The notes below the pieces were generated by a model. That model was not told where the DNA came from, ran no database searches, and worked only from the letters and a program-made list of their open reading frames with translations. From Podarcis cretensis (Eukaryota): a DNA stretch of 64,000 bases. Shown here in pieces: positions 1 to 13,500 of the stretch (the first letter of the stretch is position 1; the number at the start of each line of letters is the position of its first letter). Both the position numbers and the translations under genes were made by a program. Location: positions 46,996,001-47,060,000 of the forward strand of contig OX638152.1 of the NCBI GenBank assembly GCA_951804945.1. The letters run 5' to 3'.

Positions 1-1879
1 CTAATAAAGCAATCCATAGAGACTTTGATCATCTGATTTAATGCGTATGAAGGAGAAGGAACATTGATAAAGCTAAAACCTTTCACAGCTCTACTGAACC
101 TTCAGCACACGCTGCTAAATTGTGAAATAGTGTCTGAGTGATATCCATCCATCCATGGATAAGGGTATATCTAACAAGCACACAAACAGATACACACAAC
201 TTATTATAATATATATTACAGGTATATTTATATGCTGCCTATAAATATTTAGATTAGTGTTTTCATATTGGACTCACATCACTGATAGTCTTAATACTGT
301 TGATATTTTGACACTGCTGAGGACATATATCCATGTGCCTTATGATTTTGCAAATGCTTCAACATGTGTGCAGGTTTCAGGAAACTGTACTGAATCTCCA
401 GACCGTTGTAATATTAGTGTGCTGGTAGATCCTGGAAGGAAATAATAGTTCACCCCAACTGGATTCATCCTCTGGATTTAAACAGTACATCTCCCAAAGA
501 AGTTCACACCTGGCTATGTAAAGCAAGGCAAACGGAACCAGGCAAACGTCTGCGCTAAGTGGAACTTACAGACAGCAAGACTTGAGACCAAGTTATTTGT
601 TGATCTACAGTCTGTTGCCCAATGGGGACACCCTTTGGCCTCCAAAAGGATATGTATTTGGTGTTCCCCAATATATCTCAATTCTGCCACACACACCCTT
701 TTTCTTTCTCTCTAGCATGAAAATTTACCATTTTTTCTGTAGCCTGCTATCACGATTCTCCCTTTTTCTAAACCAGTGGTGGGGGACTGGATCTCCCCTA
801 CCATTCCATGGGCCAAATCTGAAAGGTGGGAAGGGCCACTCACCCATCAATCACGTGTTGTCACAATGACATCAGGTGATGTCATTGATTGCTCTTTGTA
901 ATTACAGGGCACCTTTAAAGTCTGCAGCATTATGGCATCTCTTGAATGCACATGCTCACGCACATACACTTCTCCCTTAAGCTAAATCAATTTCTCCCTT
1001 TCTTCATCTTAGATTTTTCTATTCTGGCATAGAAAAGAACTTTAGATTTTTGTCTGAAGAGATTTCCATGGCTTATAAGGTTAGAATAATGTGCAATGTA
1101 CTAGTTTGAGCATCTGTTCACTATGTTAATTCTTCCTAATACAACTCCTAAGCCAACAATTAACAATGAATACTGGGAGGTACATGTGTTTTTGTGTTTA
1201 CCACTTTAATACTTTTTTTCTGCTTTTCATGATGTGTGAAAGGTAAGAAACTTTCTACATGCAAGTTAACTAGAAAGGATAATTATTACAAAACTGTTCT
1301 TTGCACCCTTACATTGTGAACTCTGTGCATATTGGAATCACCACAGAGAGCAAAGAACAGAGTATAAACCCAAAGAGTTGGATCTCAACTTGTGTCACAC
1401 TTGGGGCAGACCTATAAGATCAATGGGACTTAACTTAGGCAGTAACTTAGGAGCTTTGGCTTTCTGGTAGAGCACACAATTTGCACGTTCCATGTTCCAC
1501 CTTTTGCATGATGACTTAAAATATATATATTGTACAGAGAAATACCCTGCTTCAGATTCTGGAGAGCTGCTGTTAATTAAGCAGAGTACTGGGGTACTGG
1601 GCTAGAGGGCTATTTGTTTTACTCAATAATGCACCTCCTTAGCATCCCAATGACTATTTTAACAACAATCTTTAATCAATTAATGACTAACGGCAGTAGA
1701 AAGGATATTTTTTAAATAAATAAACTCTTACAAAATTATATACAAGAAAAAGCTGTTTTTAAATATATATATTTGAAATCTAGCTGCAATTATTTTGATT
1801 CAAAATCATTGTATTTGCACCATTTTAGAAAACAGAACCACACTATATTGCAGTCCCTTTCCCATAACCCAACACTTAC

Positions 1880-2007
1880 CTCGAACAGTTAGTGTAGCAG
1901 AGGCTTCAACTTTTCCAACTCTGTTCTCCGCTATGCATGTATAGGTCCCCTCATCTGTGCTCATTGCCTTTTTAATACGCAAGGTGTAGTCATCTTTGAT
2001 GTCGTAT
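1880..2007 (-). CDS. ROBO2: ROBO2 internal coding exon (Ig3 C-half; exon 6 equivalent), 128 bp
   Basis: Hand translation (R)[42 protein letters not shown]. Acceptor tgcag, donor gtaagt. The four exons splice into 546 nt with no stop. Confidence 0.97.
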
Positions 2008-2474
2008 CTGCATTTGAAACAGAGAAGATGAAAATCACTGCTCGGCTTAATGTCTTACCTGGAATATACCATCCTTATTCTATCTTGGATATATCTCTGG
2101 AACATAATTTATTATGTGGAATTAGATAATTCCACTGAACATTAATCTTCATGACACTTTTATTGCACCATGCATTACTTAAAAACTTTACAGCCATAAA
2201 ATTAGTATTGCTATGTTCATGTGGTATCAAGGCTTTATTAATAATATCAGTCACTCTGCCCTTGATCTGGAGCACTATGATAAAATAGAGCTAACACGCA
2301 TCAGTTATCAATATATGACATTCCAGGTTTACCCTGAAACATTACTGCACGTTTCACTTCTGGCCTTTAAAATGTTTCATCTCCATAGTAAACTGCTAAC
2401 AAAGTTGACAGTATCTTTTCTGGTGTGGGGAATATACTGATTTAAACTAACATAGTAAATAAAAAATATGTAGG

Positions 2475-2569
2475 GAAAGCCATAGTCAGCGGTAAAGAAT
2501 CTGCTTTGCATGCAGAAGGTCCCAGGTTCGATGCCAGGCATCTCTAGATAGGGTTGGGAATATCCTCTG
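2475..2569 (+). mobile_element. tRNA-derived SINE head (Squam3-like)
   Basis: ctgctttgcatgcagaaggtcccaggttcgatgccaggcatctc with a B-box. More degraded copies at about 1460-1640 and 42375-42480. Confidence 0.7.
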
Positions 2570-2777
2570 TAAGAACACAAGACAAGGCTGCTGGATCAGG
2601 CTGAGAGTCCACCTAGTCCAGCATCCTGTTCTCACAGTGGCCAACCAGATGCCTGTGGGAAAAACCCTTAGGCAGGAATCGAGCACAAGAGCACTCTCCC
2701 TTCCTGTGGTTCCAGCAACTGGTATTCAGAAGCATTACTGCCTCCAGCTGTAGAGACGGAGCATAGCCATTATTGGC
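2570..2777 (-). mobile_element. CR1-type 3'UTR fragment
   Basis: taagaac...ctgctggatcagg...ctagtccagcatcctgttctcacagtggccaaccagatgcc is the reverse of a squamate CR1 3' tail. A homologous plus-strand relic lies at 58460-58800. Confidence 0.65.
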
Positions 2778-3298
2778 CTTTGCCTTCATCAGACTGTTCT
2801 TTTTGTTCTTCAGTCCCTTTTTTCTGCTTATACCAAGGACTCTGTACTTTCCAATATAATGGGAGCTGGGGACACAAGACGAGAGAATTGGCAAATTAGA
2901 AGGGAGAGTTCTTAACTCTCTCTCATCTCCAATTTGTACATTCATGGTTTCCTCTGACTTTGCAACAAGGCTGGGGAATCTACACGGGAGAAAGTGGTCA
3001 GCATGAGCAGTGCCTCTCAGGGAGAAAGTGGTCTACAAGTGCCTCTCTGCTTCTGCACTGATGTGAGAGAACCACGGGGAAACCTGTCCTTCTGCCCTGA
3101 AACTTTATTTTTATTCTGCAGGTAGGTACAGTTTCAAGTAAGTTTAATGTTAAATAGTGTTTTTTAATGGTTAGTGAGGAAACTTCTCACTGGCAGGTGC
3201 CAGAGCTAGAAACAATACAAGAAGCTGCCATGAATTAAGTAATTTGCCATTCTGATTGGCACTCATCAACAGGAAAAACCTTACTATGTTCATTAGAC

Positions 3299-3434
3299 CA
3301 GTGTTTCCCAACCTTGGGCCACCAGCTGTTTTTGGACTACAACTCCCATCATCCCTAGCTAGCAAGACCAGTGGTCAGGGATGATGGGAATTGTAGTTCA
3401 AAAACAGCTGGAGGCCCAAGGTTGGGAAACACTG
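3299..3434. mobile_element. Palindromic hAT-type MITE, 136 bp
   Basis: Near-perfect hairpin CAGTGTTTCCCAACC...GGTTGGGAAACACTG. Perfect 8-bp TSD CATTAGAC. Confidence 0.9.
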
Positions 3435-5383
3435 CATTAGACTAAGCACAAGAGCAGCAAATGGAAGTATCAAATTTCCAGAAACTGTTGATATGCTATT
3501 GCCAGAGGTTATAATTAGTATTGCTATTCTTTTTTAAAAAAAAAATAATATTTTTTTCATAGAGAGCAAGCAGTGAAAATCAGGACCTAAATTATTTCCT
3601 TTAGTTTTCTTTAATGTTAAGACTGACTACAGTGGAATTGAAAATACAGAGGCAAAAATTTAAATCTGCAGATCACAATAAAGCTTGGCCATTTCATATC
3701 TGAAGAACAATTCCCACCCTCCTAAGAGTACAGAAAGGTGGCTAGCATATACCTAGACAGTCAAAAGGGTATAACTGACTTGAACTTTAATGCAGACAAT
3801 CTTGGATACAATTCTGACAATCAGCTTTGGGCTGCAGCTGACTCATTCCCACTTCATCTCACTGATGTACTGGTTCTGGCATGCCAGCCAGCTGCCTTGT
3901 AAACCTCAGCAGACTTCATGTTCGCACCTATCAATCATGCAATTGTGCAGAGACTGATGAGTGTACAAGTTATTTATGTAGCATGCCAGGACAGAGAGTT
4001 AGCCACAATGATAATCTTGAGTACCAGTATGGAGATTATAGAGTAAATATGCCCTTAGAGTGGTCAAATCAGCAGCTATTTTGAGAAGGAACACCAACTC
4101 ATTGCATTCAAGCCTGCAAATTATCAGTGGGTTTCTAGACCACCCTGAAAAAGGCATGCTATCTAACAAGCAGCCAATGTATAGCAAGGCTCATGAGATA
4201 TTGCAACCATCTGTTCTCCTAAAGAATTGATGTAGTGCCCCATAGTCATCTGTTCTACTCACACTGCCCACACAAGTCATCATGGTTCACTGATAATCTA
4301 TGACAGGTGAAGCAAGAAAATAAGAGGTTGGAAGTTAATTGGCTCTGTGCAAAGGAATAATGTGAAATGGAAGGTTACATTTACGTATTTAAGTGACTTG
4401 TAGGGAAAGAAAACGAAAGACATGTTGAGTTTAGCTTCTCTAGGTAAAATACCATAATCCAATCAACCTTTATTGTACATTCAGTATAGGCGCTGATTGT
4501 ACTCTGAACCGAATAACCAACTTGTCATATGACAACCATATGATAGCCCTTTGTTGGAAGCCCTTGTAATGAACTGGCCCTTTAAACTCAGCCAATTGGT
4601 TGGCAGTTTGAGATCATTGTCTGCATGTGAGAACTCATTCAGAGGTGGAACTAGCACCACATATTACCACAGACATCTTGGCATATTTTGTGGTTACTTC
4701 ATGGGGGGGGTAGTATAGAATTTGCTCCGCACACAAGCAAATGAAAGCTCAAAAGTACGTACCTACTAGCCATTGTGCTTCTTGTTTCACCAACAAACTT
4801 TTCAAATAAGTATGACGTATCTGATCACCTCCTTACATTAGCACTAGTAAAGACCACATTAACACTAGTGAGGACCATTGATGTTAACCACTATTATTGT
4901 TGCTCTTCTTTCAAGGAGCTCAAAGCAGTGTAAACAGAAACTAATAAGAGCTCTAGAAAAGCAAATTTGATCACAAGAACAGCAAGAACTGAATTCTGAT
5001 CACATCTCTCTCACATTTCTTTTTCTTGTGTCCTTACAGTATTTCTACCCCTCTATAGATTGGCTTACACTCAGCAAAAAAAAGTCAAAAATATCTTAAA
5101 ATGTGTAGTTGTAAGAAGCAATTGTTAATGCCATATACAGTTATTCCTTTTCTGAAGTAATAGCTACAGATAGTCTGCTTTTCATTAAGCAGAGGGGAAA
5201 GCATACATGAGAAAAGATGAAAAAACATTACTGGTTAGGAAATTCTTAAAGAAATAGGGTGATTTTGATTTTGAAATTTGACAGTCTCTGGCTCTTATGA
5301 ATGTAGTCTTTGTTGCTGGTTTGATTAACGACAGTTGTACAATAGTGTGCTGACAGTCCCTGCCATTGAGACACATTTCCCCC

Positions 5384-5515
5384 NNNNNNNNNNNNNNNNN
5401 NNNNNNNNNNNNNNNNNNNNNNNNNNNNNNNNNNNNNNNNNNNNNNNNNNNNNNNNNNNNNNNNNNNNNNNNNNNNNNNNNNNNNNNNNNNNNNNNNNNN
5501 NNNNNNNNNNNNNNN
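5384..5515. other. Assembly gap (132 N)
   Basis: Run of N. Confidence 1.
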
Positions 5516-6225
5516 TGTATTTTTCTTGGAGGAAGAACTAGAAAACTTAATTGTGTCAAAACCATTACCATCTGTAGGTGAAATAATGATTAAAATAAAA
5601 CAAGTTAATCTACAATATCTAAATTTAGCTTAGATACAAAAATCCTTGCTTCATACTATTACAAAGCAGTGGATTTTCAAAGTCTAAATTGTCTTCATAT
5701 TTTTTGTATGTATTTCTGATCCCATCACAGTGAGTGGCACCTTGAGCCTATATCCTGACGGCCCATTTTTCTGTGTCATTATAAATATAATAAAGTAGCA
5801 GTTCTGCACTTACTTCCTTGGGAGTATGCCCCATTGAACTCAACAGAACTTACTAAGCTGCTGCCTGAGTGCTGGAAGAAAGAACTCCCTGCTGCAAGGC
5901 TCATTTCCACCTGGCCTAGGAGGCGGAGCCCACACTCACCCTGAACAGCTAAAAGGCTCCTGGGAGGCCAGAGGGACACTGCTGGAATAACTCTTGGGTT
6001 GGGACAACTGGCTACAATGCTTTAAATGGTTCTAATTTTAGTTCCTCTGTTTCATTTTTGTTGGGTTGGTGTTGGTTAAATGTTTAGTTGGGGTTGGCTG
6101 TTACTTTAATTTGGGTATAACTGTAAACTGTTTATTATTGTTTTGTGTTTTGTTTTATTGGTTTGTTTCTTGCTTGTATAGGATATCTTGTTTTTTAGTG
6201 TTTGATGTTTTGTTGTGTTTTATAT

Positions 6226-6310
6226 GTTGTAAGCTGCCCAGAGTGGCTGGGGAAACCCAGCCAAATGGGCAGGATATAAATAAAAAATTAGTAGCAGTAG
6301 TAGTAGTATA
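6226..6310 (+). mobile_element. L2 3' terminal fragment
   Basis: gctgcccagagtggctggggaaacccagccaaatgggc matches the 3' end of the L2 at 44401-44445. Followed by a (TAG)n-like tail. Confidence 0.75.
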
Positions 6311-9301
6311 TGTATAGATAGCACTATAAATAAATGAATTGTAATATGTTTAAATACCCCATAGAAATTAGGAAACAGTACCACGAAGATTCAGAATTCA
6401 GTGTTTCTAGTATGGTTTGTGCAGTTCTGACAATAGCAAAAGGGTATGGGACAGGAACAAGAAATAAACACGTTATCATATAGGATGTCAGGTTTGTTCT
6501 TTAGCAAGTGGGGCTTGTGTTCTGCACTCTTGAAATATGCACGACCAGATGGGATTGGTTCCACTTGGGAGCTCCAAGTTGAGCTGAACCCTGACAAAAG
6601 AAAGGGATTATAATCAGAGCTGATCAGTGGTGATTAGCTTTCCAGAACTCCAGAGTACTGTAGCTGATCTCTGCTGAAAGTGTGGCTTGGGGACAGTGAC
6701 AATCAGCAGACCAGTGTTGACTTTAAGTACCACATGGATCAGCTGGTATCTTCCTTTGCAGCATGGCTTGAACTCAGCTATAACAGTCTTTCATTTAAGC
6801 AGCCTATCATTAATACTTCAATCAGTTGTACCAAATGGTTGTGCAAACAGAAGGCAGCTTGTGCAGTCAGATTTTCCCCTTCACTCACATTCTTTCCCTG
6901 ATTCCTTTGTCTTGCCTAATAGTGCATGCCAAAGGCTCCAGGGGAAAACCACATGGCATGGGGGAGAGGGACAGCCCTATGTAGCATATGTTGCAGAACT
7001 TGGAAAGGGCATTTTAAAAAGGAACCTGTTCCAGTTCAACATGTTCAAAAAGGAACCTATTCTAGTTCATGTTTGTCCTTTTACAAAATGAGCTCGTTCC
7101 ACTCGTGTTCCAGTTATCCAAATTATCCTCCCCCCCCCCAGGCCTTCAGCATTCGCAATGTTACAAACTATTGTACTGTGGTATAAAATATACTTAAGAA
7201 GACTAACAAAGCATCAAAACATACACGCAGTGGAATGTTGTGAGGATACAGATTTAGTGGGCGTGGGCAGAAGTTATATTGTGCAAGTGGTCACTCAACT
7301 TCGTTGAAGCACGACCATGTTGTTTGCAAAATATGGCAAAAGAGGGAATTCACCTCTCTTATGTGAAGATATAACACACAAAACTGCATGTTAACTGAGT
7401 TGGCCAGAAGTAAAGTGGTGGTTTGTGTAAAAATAAATAAATCTGCATTTGTTTTTATGGAGATGTCATTGAGGGGCCTGATCCTGGGGCTCCACAGGAA
7501 AACAGATGGGGCTTTGGATCCAAGGCTGCTTCTTACCCACACTTCCCTTGAGTCTACTACTCATGGTAGCTCTACATCCATAGAGCTTCTGCAGTATAGG
7601 GTATGTTCCTTTGTGGAGTGGAGGTGTTCCTCCTGACAGCAGAACTTATCTCTATGAGAGTAGAGTCCCCTTTGCCTCATCCTACCCACCTTCAGCCAGC
7701 AGCTCTTGAGATTGCTTTTTAAGCCTCTAAATTCCTATTTGAGTGGTGAGGTCATTGCCAAGTAGTAGCAACCTTATCAAGACTTTTATTTATTTAGTTG
7801 CTGGACTCTTTACCAAAAGAATAGTAGTGTTCATAAACTGTTAAAGCTGCCAGATGAGATTTATGAATGCGCCAACCAAGTATATTCCCTTTTTTGTACT
7901 TAAATTAGTTTATTTCTTGTTGTTATTAGACACAATAAAGTATAAGCAATATCCATCATGCCCTAACCAATTATAGCTGTTACCCTGCAAAGGTTAAGAA
8001 GTTTCAACACTTGCTATCATTACACTACATATTTTGATAGAACTTCTGGTATTTTTTGACTGAAAACCTTATTGGTTGCTAGTAGAAATTAAAGCATATT
8101 CAAAGCAGTTGGACTTTTCCAATGCAAAACATATTCAAAACAGTTGGACTTTGGGGGTGTAAGTGGGTATAAGTAAGAGAGTTTACAATTTCTTGGAGTG
8201 GAGTGGAATGTGTGTGTGTGTAATCTAAAAATCAACTGTTACACTTATTGTGCAACATTGCCTGAAGTTCCAAAGACACACTTGGAAAGTGTTGGATGAA
8301 AGCTGACTTTCTCAGCTTGAAAGCAAGAGATTATATGTCTTCTATACATTTTTAATAATGCTTAAAATTATGTACAACCAAACTAAAACATTTTATTACA
8401 GTGTGCAAAGATGAGCAAGCAAATGCAATGGTCATAAACATTGTTAATAAAAATTGAAAAGCATTGATGGATAATATGGTAAAAACTATTATATTAAAAA
8501 TAAGGAAAGCTAGAAAGGAGTAGAAAGATAGCAAACCACCACTATACAGTTGTTTTGAAACACTACATAAAATAATTTGCCATATAATAGTTGGTATCAA
8601 CCATCATCTTCACTGGCATTGACAACTAAGATAACATAAAAGTAAATCCAGTAGAAACTGAACCATTCTTTCCATCATTTTAGCAGAATGGAAAGAATAG
8701 TTGCTCTTTGTATCAGAGTTGAGGCACATTTATCCGACAGCTTGTATTACCTTTTCTGTATTGTAATTCAACCCTCAAGCACTGGAACGTGAAGACTTAG
8801 AGCATCTCAGCATGTAACAAAAATCTCAGCATATAACACAGAAACTGAATTCTCTTTGAAGAAATGAGGAAAACATAAGATACTGGCCATTTTTTGCTTT
8901 TTAAAAATGGAAACATTATCAGAGTTGAACAGCTGGGAACAAGTCAAGGAACAAACATACCTTTTGTTGACTGTTTTGTTTTATTCTGTGTTGGTTTTAG
9001 CATTAGCTATTATAGTTTTGGAAGTGAAATTAAGTTAAATGTCTTCTAATCTTCATTTTCTACTGACAAAAGATGGATTAGTATATCAGAGGGGAGGTAT
9101 TCTATCCTAGGCCTTGTAACATTCAGAACGATTATCTCGTTGTAGGGTACTTCTGGCAAGATGCAGATTTCTATGATTATTGAACTTCATAATTAGCAGT
9201 TCGGTGCCCAGCTATATATGCACCTCTTCTAGCTAGAAATAAGTTTTAAAAATAAAGGGATGCATTTTTAAGAAGCAGAACATGTGGTAGTAATGTTGTT
9301 G

Positions 9302-10146
9302 GCATCCGTCTGCCTCAAGAAACAATGAAGTGCACCTCCAAGGGCGAAGTCAAACCACCGGAGAATCACAGCACCTGCTGTGGCTGTAGAAACTGCTAAC
9401 TCATAACTGCTGCCTCCTGCCCTGATTTTGCTGTGTTAGCAGCACTGAAGTGCTGCATCTGGGCAGTGTGTACGGAGGTCCTGGGCTGCCCAGACAGCAA
9501 GACCCCTCCTCTTGGCCTTGCTGATGTGGTCCCAAGGAAAGCAGAGCAACACATTTGGCATGTTCCTTGGCTGCATGAATTGGCAGAAAGAGGTGTACAA
9601 TACACCATCCAACCACCTTAGGTATTCCACTCCGGATTTGTGTACGGTTTACTTCTTAGCCTTTTCTTCTCCTGAAGATGTCCCACAAGGCAGCGCTTAT
9701 GGATTTTTCCTTGGGGTTTATTCCTGGAGCCTCTCTCACAGATGAGTTTAGCCAGAGGGCTGTGGAGGTTTAGGATCAGAGTTTTCCTTTCCTACCTTCC
9801 CAAGTTGATGAGCCCTATCTGCTCTCATGCCCTCCTACAGAATGTGCAGTAACTGCCTTCTTGATCACTGGACCCACTATTGGTCTCGTCCATTCAATTC
9901 ACCAGAGCCTGTCTTTGCATGCAAGGGAAGTCCCAAACTCGCCAAAAGTTTGAGACCATTGGCTACCCTCACCTAGATTAGCCAGCCTGTTGAAACCATT
10001 CCCAGACTGTGGCATATCCCATGTTGACAGCTTCTAGGAGTCACAGGTGAGAGCTGAGCGCAGGGTGGGGACCAAAGGTGGACAAACTATCCCAGATGGA
10101 TGAGGATGTGTCCCCCACCAGAAGTACTATCCCTTCCCTTACACCC
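9302..10146 (-). mobile_element. Non-autonomous RTE-derived element (5'UTR plus 3' terminus, no RT)
   Basis: 3' end reads ...GAGGCAGACGGATGCC on the minus strand, as in RTE termini. TSD TAGTAATGTTGTTG / TAATAATTTTGTTG (12/14) at 9288-9301 and 10147-10160. A homologous copy lies at 29499-29855. Confidence 0.7.
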
Positions 10147-11059
10147 TAATAATTTTGTTGTCTAGTTTTTAAGAGAAAACTTTGTATTGAAGCTACCTTT
10201 AACCTCTCCAGATGTACATAATAATAGCAATACAGTAGTTTCTCCTTTCACTGATCAGTGGTTCAGATAATCCTTTTGTCTTCCCCATGCCTCTCATAAA
10301 TGGAATTAATCTTTCCTTGATGGTAGCACAGGAAACAAGAAAGCACAACAGATTTAGGCAGAGATGATACTGAAAGTGCTATGCTTAATACAAGAAATCA
10401 CCTTTTCCCTCCTGTCCCTTTATTTAAGATGGTTAATTGTTATTAATTAAAATTGAAAATGTGCTGATGTAACCAAGGATTAGATCCCTCATGCCACAGA
10501 GAAAAGTCTTCTAATTAATTTGCAATACACATAGGCCTGCATTTAGTTGCAATCTGTGCTGTGATTAACTTGACTAAAGCACATAGCATTATAGTGTGTT
10601 ATTAACTCATATTTCATTGAAAGGTCATTTTCCCCTTGGTTGTGTCTTGTAGAAGCTTCAGTTAAATACCCAAGCATTTAATGCACAGGATATCAAAGTT
10701 CCTTTGTTGTGTACACTTAGCATTTTTAAAAAATCAACTCCATAGTTTCTTAACTACCTTTCAAAAGTAATTTGAAAGTGTGAGGTGGATTCTCAGGGCT
10801 AATATTGAATAGAAAAGGTATCCATTAGTCCACTAGGATTTTCAATTTAAAAAACCCCCAATCATCTATCACTTTTTGTGGGTTACAAAACATGCCTTTC
10901 GGGTGAGAATTAGTTAGCCCTCGCCTCTGAATGCTGTTTCCTGTTTCCTACTACTCTACCCTCTTTATCAAGATTCCTAGGTGCTGTGAGAAGAGAGACA
11001 GTTCTACCCTGGTCCTGTTATCTCCCACTCAGAAATGGACTGTGGGCTTCTCATTCTCA

Positions 11060-12609
11060 AAAAGCTTAAGGAACTACTGGGTGAGATCCCATGGTCTGAA
11101 ATACTAAAAAAATGCTCAAAGAGAAGGAAGTTGAAGGTGGATGGGAGTTTCTTAAAGGTGAAATATTGAAGGTAAAAATGCAGACAATTCTAACAAGAAA
11201 GAAAAGGGCATCAAAAGAGGCATCAAAAGAAACTGGTGTGGCTGCAGAAGGCACTTACAGATGATCTGAGATTTAAGAAGGGTGTGTTTAGGAAATGAAA
11301 GAAAGGGGAAATCAAAAAGGAGGAGTGTACATGAGTAGCCAATAGATGCAGGAAGGAGGTGAGGCAGGCCAAAACTCATAATGAGGCAGGCAAATGTTGT
11401 CCCCATCTTCAAAAAGGAGAAAAAAGAAGACCCAGGTAACTACCAACCAGTCAGCTTGACATCGATACTAGGAAAGGTCCTAGAACAGATAATTAAGCAG
11501 TCAGCCTGTGAGCACTTACAAAAGGATGCTGTAACTACTAAGGCCCAGCATGGGTTTCTCAAAAATAAGTCGTTCCAGATTAATCTCTTTCATACTTTTG
11601 ATAGAGTTACAAGCTTGGCAGATCAGGGGAATGCTGTGGATGTAGTGTTTCTTGATTTCATTAAGGCATGATATTCTTGCAAGGAAGCTAGTAAAATATG
11701 GGCTGGATAAGTTAACTGTCAGCTGGATTTGTAGCTGGTTGACTGACCAAATCCAAAGAGTGCTCACTAATGGTCCCTCGTCATCCTAGAAAAAAGTAAC
11801 AAAGGGGGTGCCACAGGGTTTTGTCCTGAGACTGTTGTTGTTCAACGTCTTTATAAATGACTTGGATGAAGGAATTGAGGGGATGCTCATCTAATTAGAG
11901 AGGTTTCTAATCCCACAGAAGACTGAATTGGGATTCAAGATAACCTTAACAAGAACTAGGCCCAAAGCACAATAATTAATTTCAATAGGGACAAATGTCA
12001 AGGTTCTACACTTAGGCAGGAATAATCAGCTGCACATATATAAGATGGGGTTGGCGGGGGGAGACACCTGGCTTGCCAGTAGTACATGTAAAGGATCTAG
12101 GGGTCTTAGCAGACCACAAGCTTAACATGAGTCAACAGTATAATGCAGCAGCAAAAAAGCTAACGTGATTCTAGGCTGCATCAATTAAAAGTATAGTGTC
12201 CCCATCAAAGGAGGTAATCGTACCACTCTATTCAGCCTTGGTTAGACCACATCTGGAATACTGTGTCCAGTTGGAGAGGCACAATTTAAGGAATATATTG
12301 ACAAGCTGGAGTGTGTGTGCAGAGGAGGGTGACCAAGATGATCAAGGGTCTGGAAACCAAGCCTTATGTGGAATGGTTGAGGGAGTTCAACATGTTTAGC
12401 TTGGTAAAGAAGAAACTGAGAGGAGATACGATAGCTATCATCAAATAACTAAAGGACTGTTACATGGAAGGTGGAGCAAGCTTATTTTTTCCTGCTCTGG
12501 AGGTTACAGCCCGAACCAATGGTTTAAGTTACAAGACAGAAGATTCCAACTAAACACCAGGAAGAGTTTTCTGATGGCAAGAGCTGTTCCACAGTGGAAC
12601 AGTCTCCCT
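11060..12609 (+). mobile_element. Degraded CR1 LINE (RT to 3' region) with an internal deletion near 11380
   Basis: ORF fragments ANVVPIFKKEKKEDPGNYQPVSLTSILGKVLEQII...FLDF and [19 protein letters not shown] are typical CR1 ORF2. Many stops and frameshifts. Confidence 0.9.
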
Positions 12610-13166
12610 TGTGAAGGAAGCTGAGGACAGGTGACCCCACCTAGGCCCGAAGTCACCCCCCCACTCACACCAGGCCTCAAAACTGTCCAAAATTCCTTTT
12701 GTCTTCTAAAAATCCACAGCTACAGCTTTTCTGTGGATTCTCACAAGATGCTGGTACATAGGAAAAACCGTTACTTTTATCAGCACAAGAAGGCTTCAAA
12801 AAGCTAATGAATAGGCTCTGTTCAAAGCAGGCCTGAGAAACGAATCTTATCTCATTCGGTTGCAACATCTTGGACATGCTGAACCACCAGGGCTCCTTGA
12901 CCCCTTGGCTCTCACCCCCCCTTTCCTGGGAATGGCGCCAAGAGTCCAAAAGAGTCCCAAGATAGGGGAGCTTTCTGTTCATGCTCAGAGGAACTCATGG
13001 GCAGGACTCCTGAGGGAGGAGAAAGGGGAGGGAACTGGAAGGGGAATATATACTCTGTGCACATGACTGTGAACCCGTGCATGCTTTTTGTGAGTTATCA
13101 CACTTGCTCCTTCTACCAGTTCATGGATGGTAGAAATAAAGCTTTATCTCTGAAACTATTCCTTGA
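12610..13166 (+). mobile_element. LTR-like sequence (left part), interrupted by the L1; continues at about 19110-19185
   Basis: Starts TGTGA right where CR1 similarity stops. TATATA at 13047, AATAAA at 13135. The right part ends ...GGCTACA. No clean TSD seen. Confidence 0.45.
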
Positions 13167-13500
13167 CACTTCCGGTCGGCGCCAGCGCTTAATGGCGGTC
13201 CGAGCCTCGAGCTCCGAGGCAGGACTGCTCCGTTAGTTCGGGTCTTACCCGCTACGGCAAGCGGGGGACCCCTAAAATCACAGGCGCGGAGCCTGTGAAC
13301 AAAGGAGATTCGGTGGGCACCCTTTGCGCCCCCCGGTACTGTGAGGGAGCCTTTTTAAAGGCTTCTGAGCGGCATCGGGGTAAGCGCGGTGCTGAGAGTC
13401 GTCACCCAGCTAGCGGAGTGAAGCCGCGTCGCCATGAGCGGAGAGCGCCGATTCCTTCCTGCAATTGGAATTTGACCACAACACCCGTGAGTAAGATTGG
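13167..13500 (+). promoter_or_regulatory. CpG-rich internal promoter region of the L1 5'UTR
   Basis: Dense CpG against AT-rich surroundings. ETS-type CACTTCCGG at 13167-13175 and YY1-like AATGGCGG at 13191-13198. Promoter function is inferred from known L1 biology. Confidence 0.65.

Noticed and set aside
1-1879. ROBO2 alternatively spliced microexon 6b, expected downstream of exon 6
   Set aside because: No convincing AG-12nt-GT candidate was found here. It probably lies beyond the window edge.
2475-2560. tRNA genes (also at 44720-44790, 48767-48850 and 55589-55670)
   Set aside because: The A/B boxes belong to SINE heads followed by SINE bodies and tails. No complete cloverleaf.
5185-5581. 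ORFs spanning the N run
   Set aside because: Artefacts of the assembly gap.
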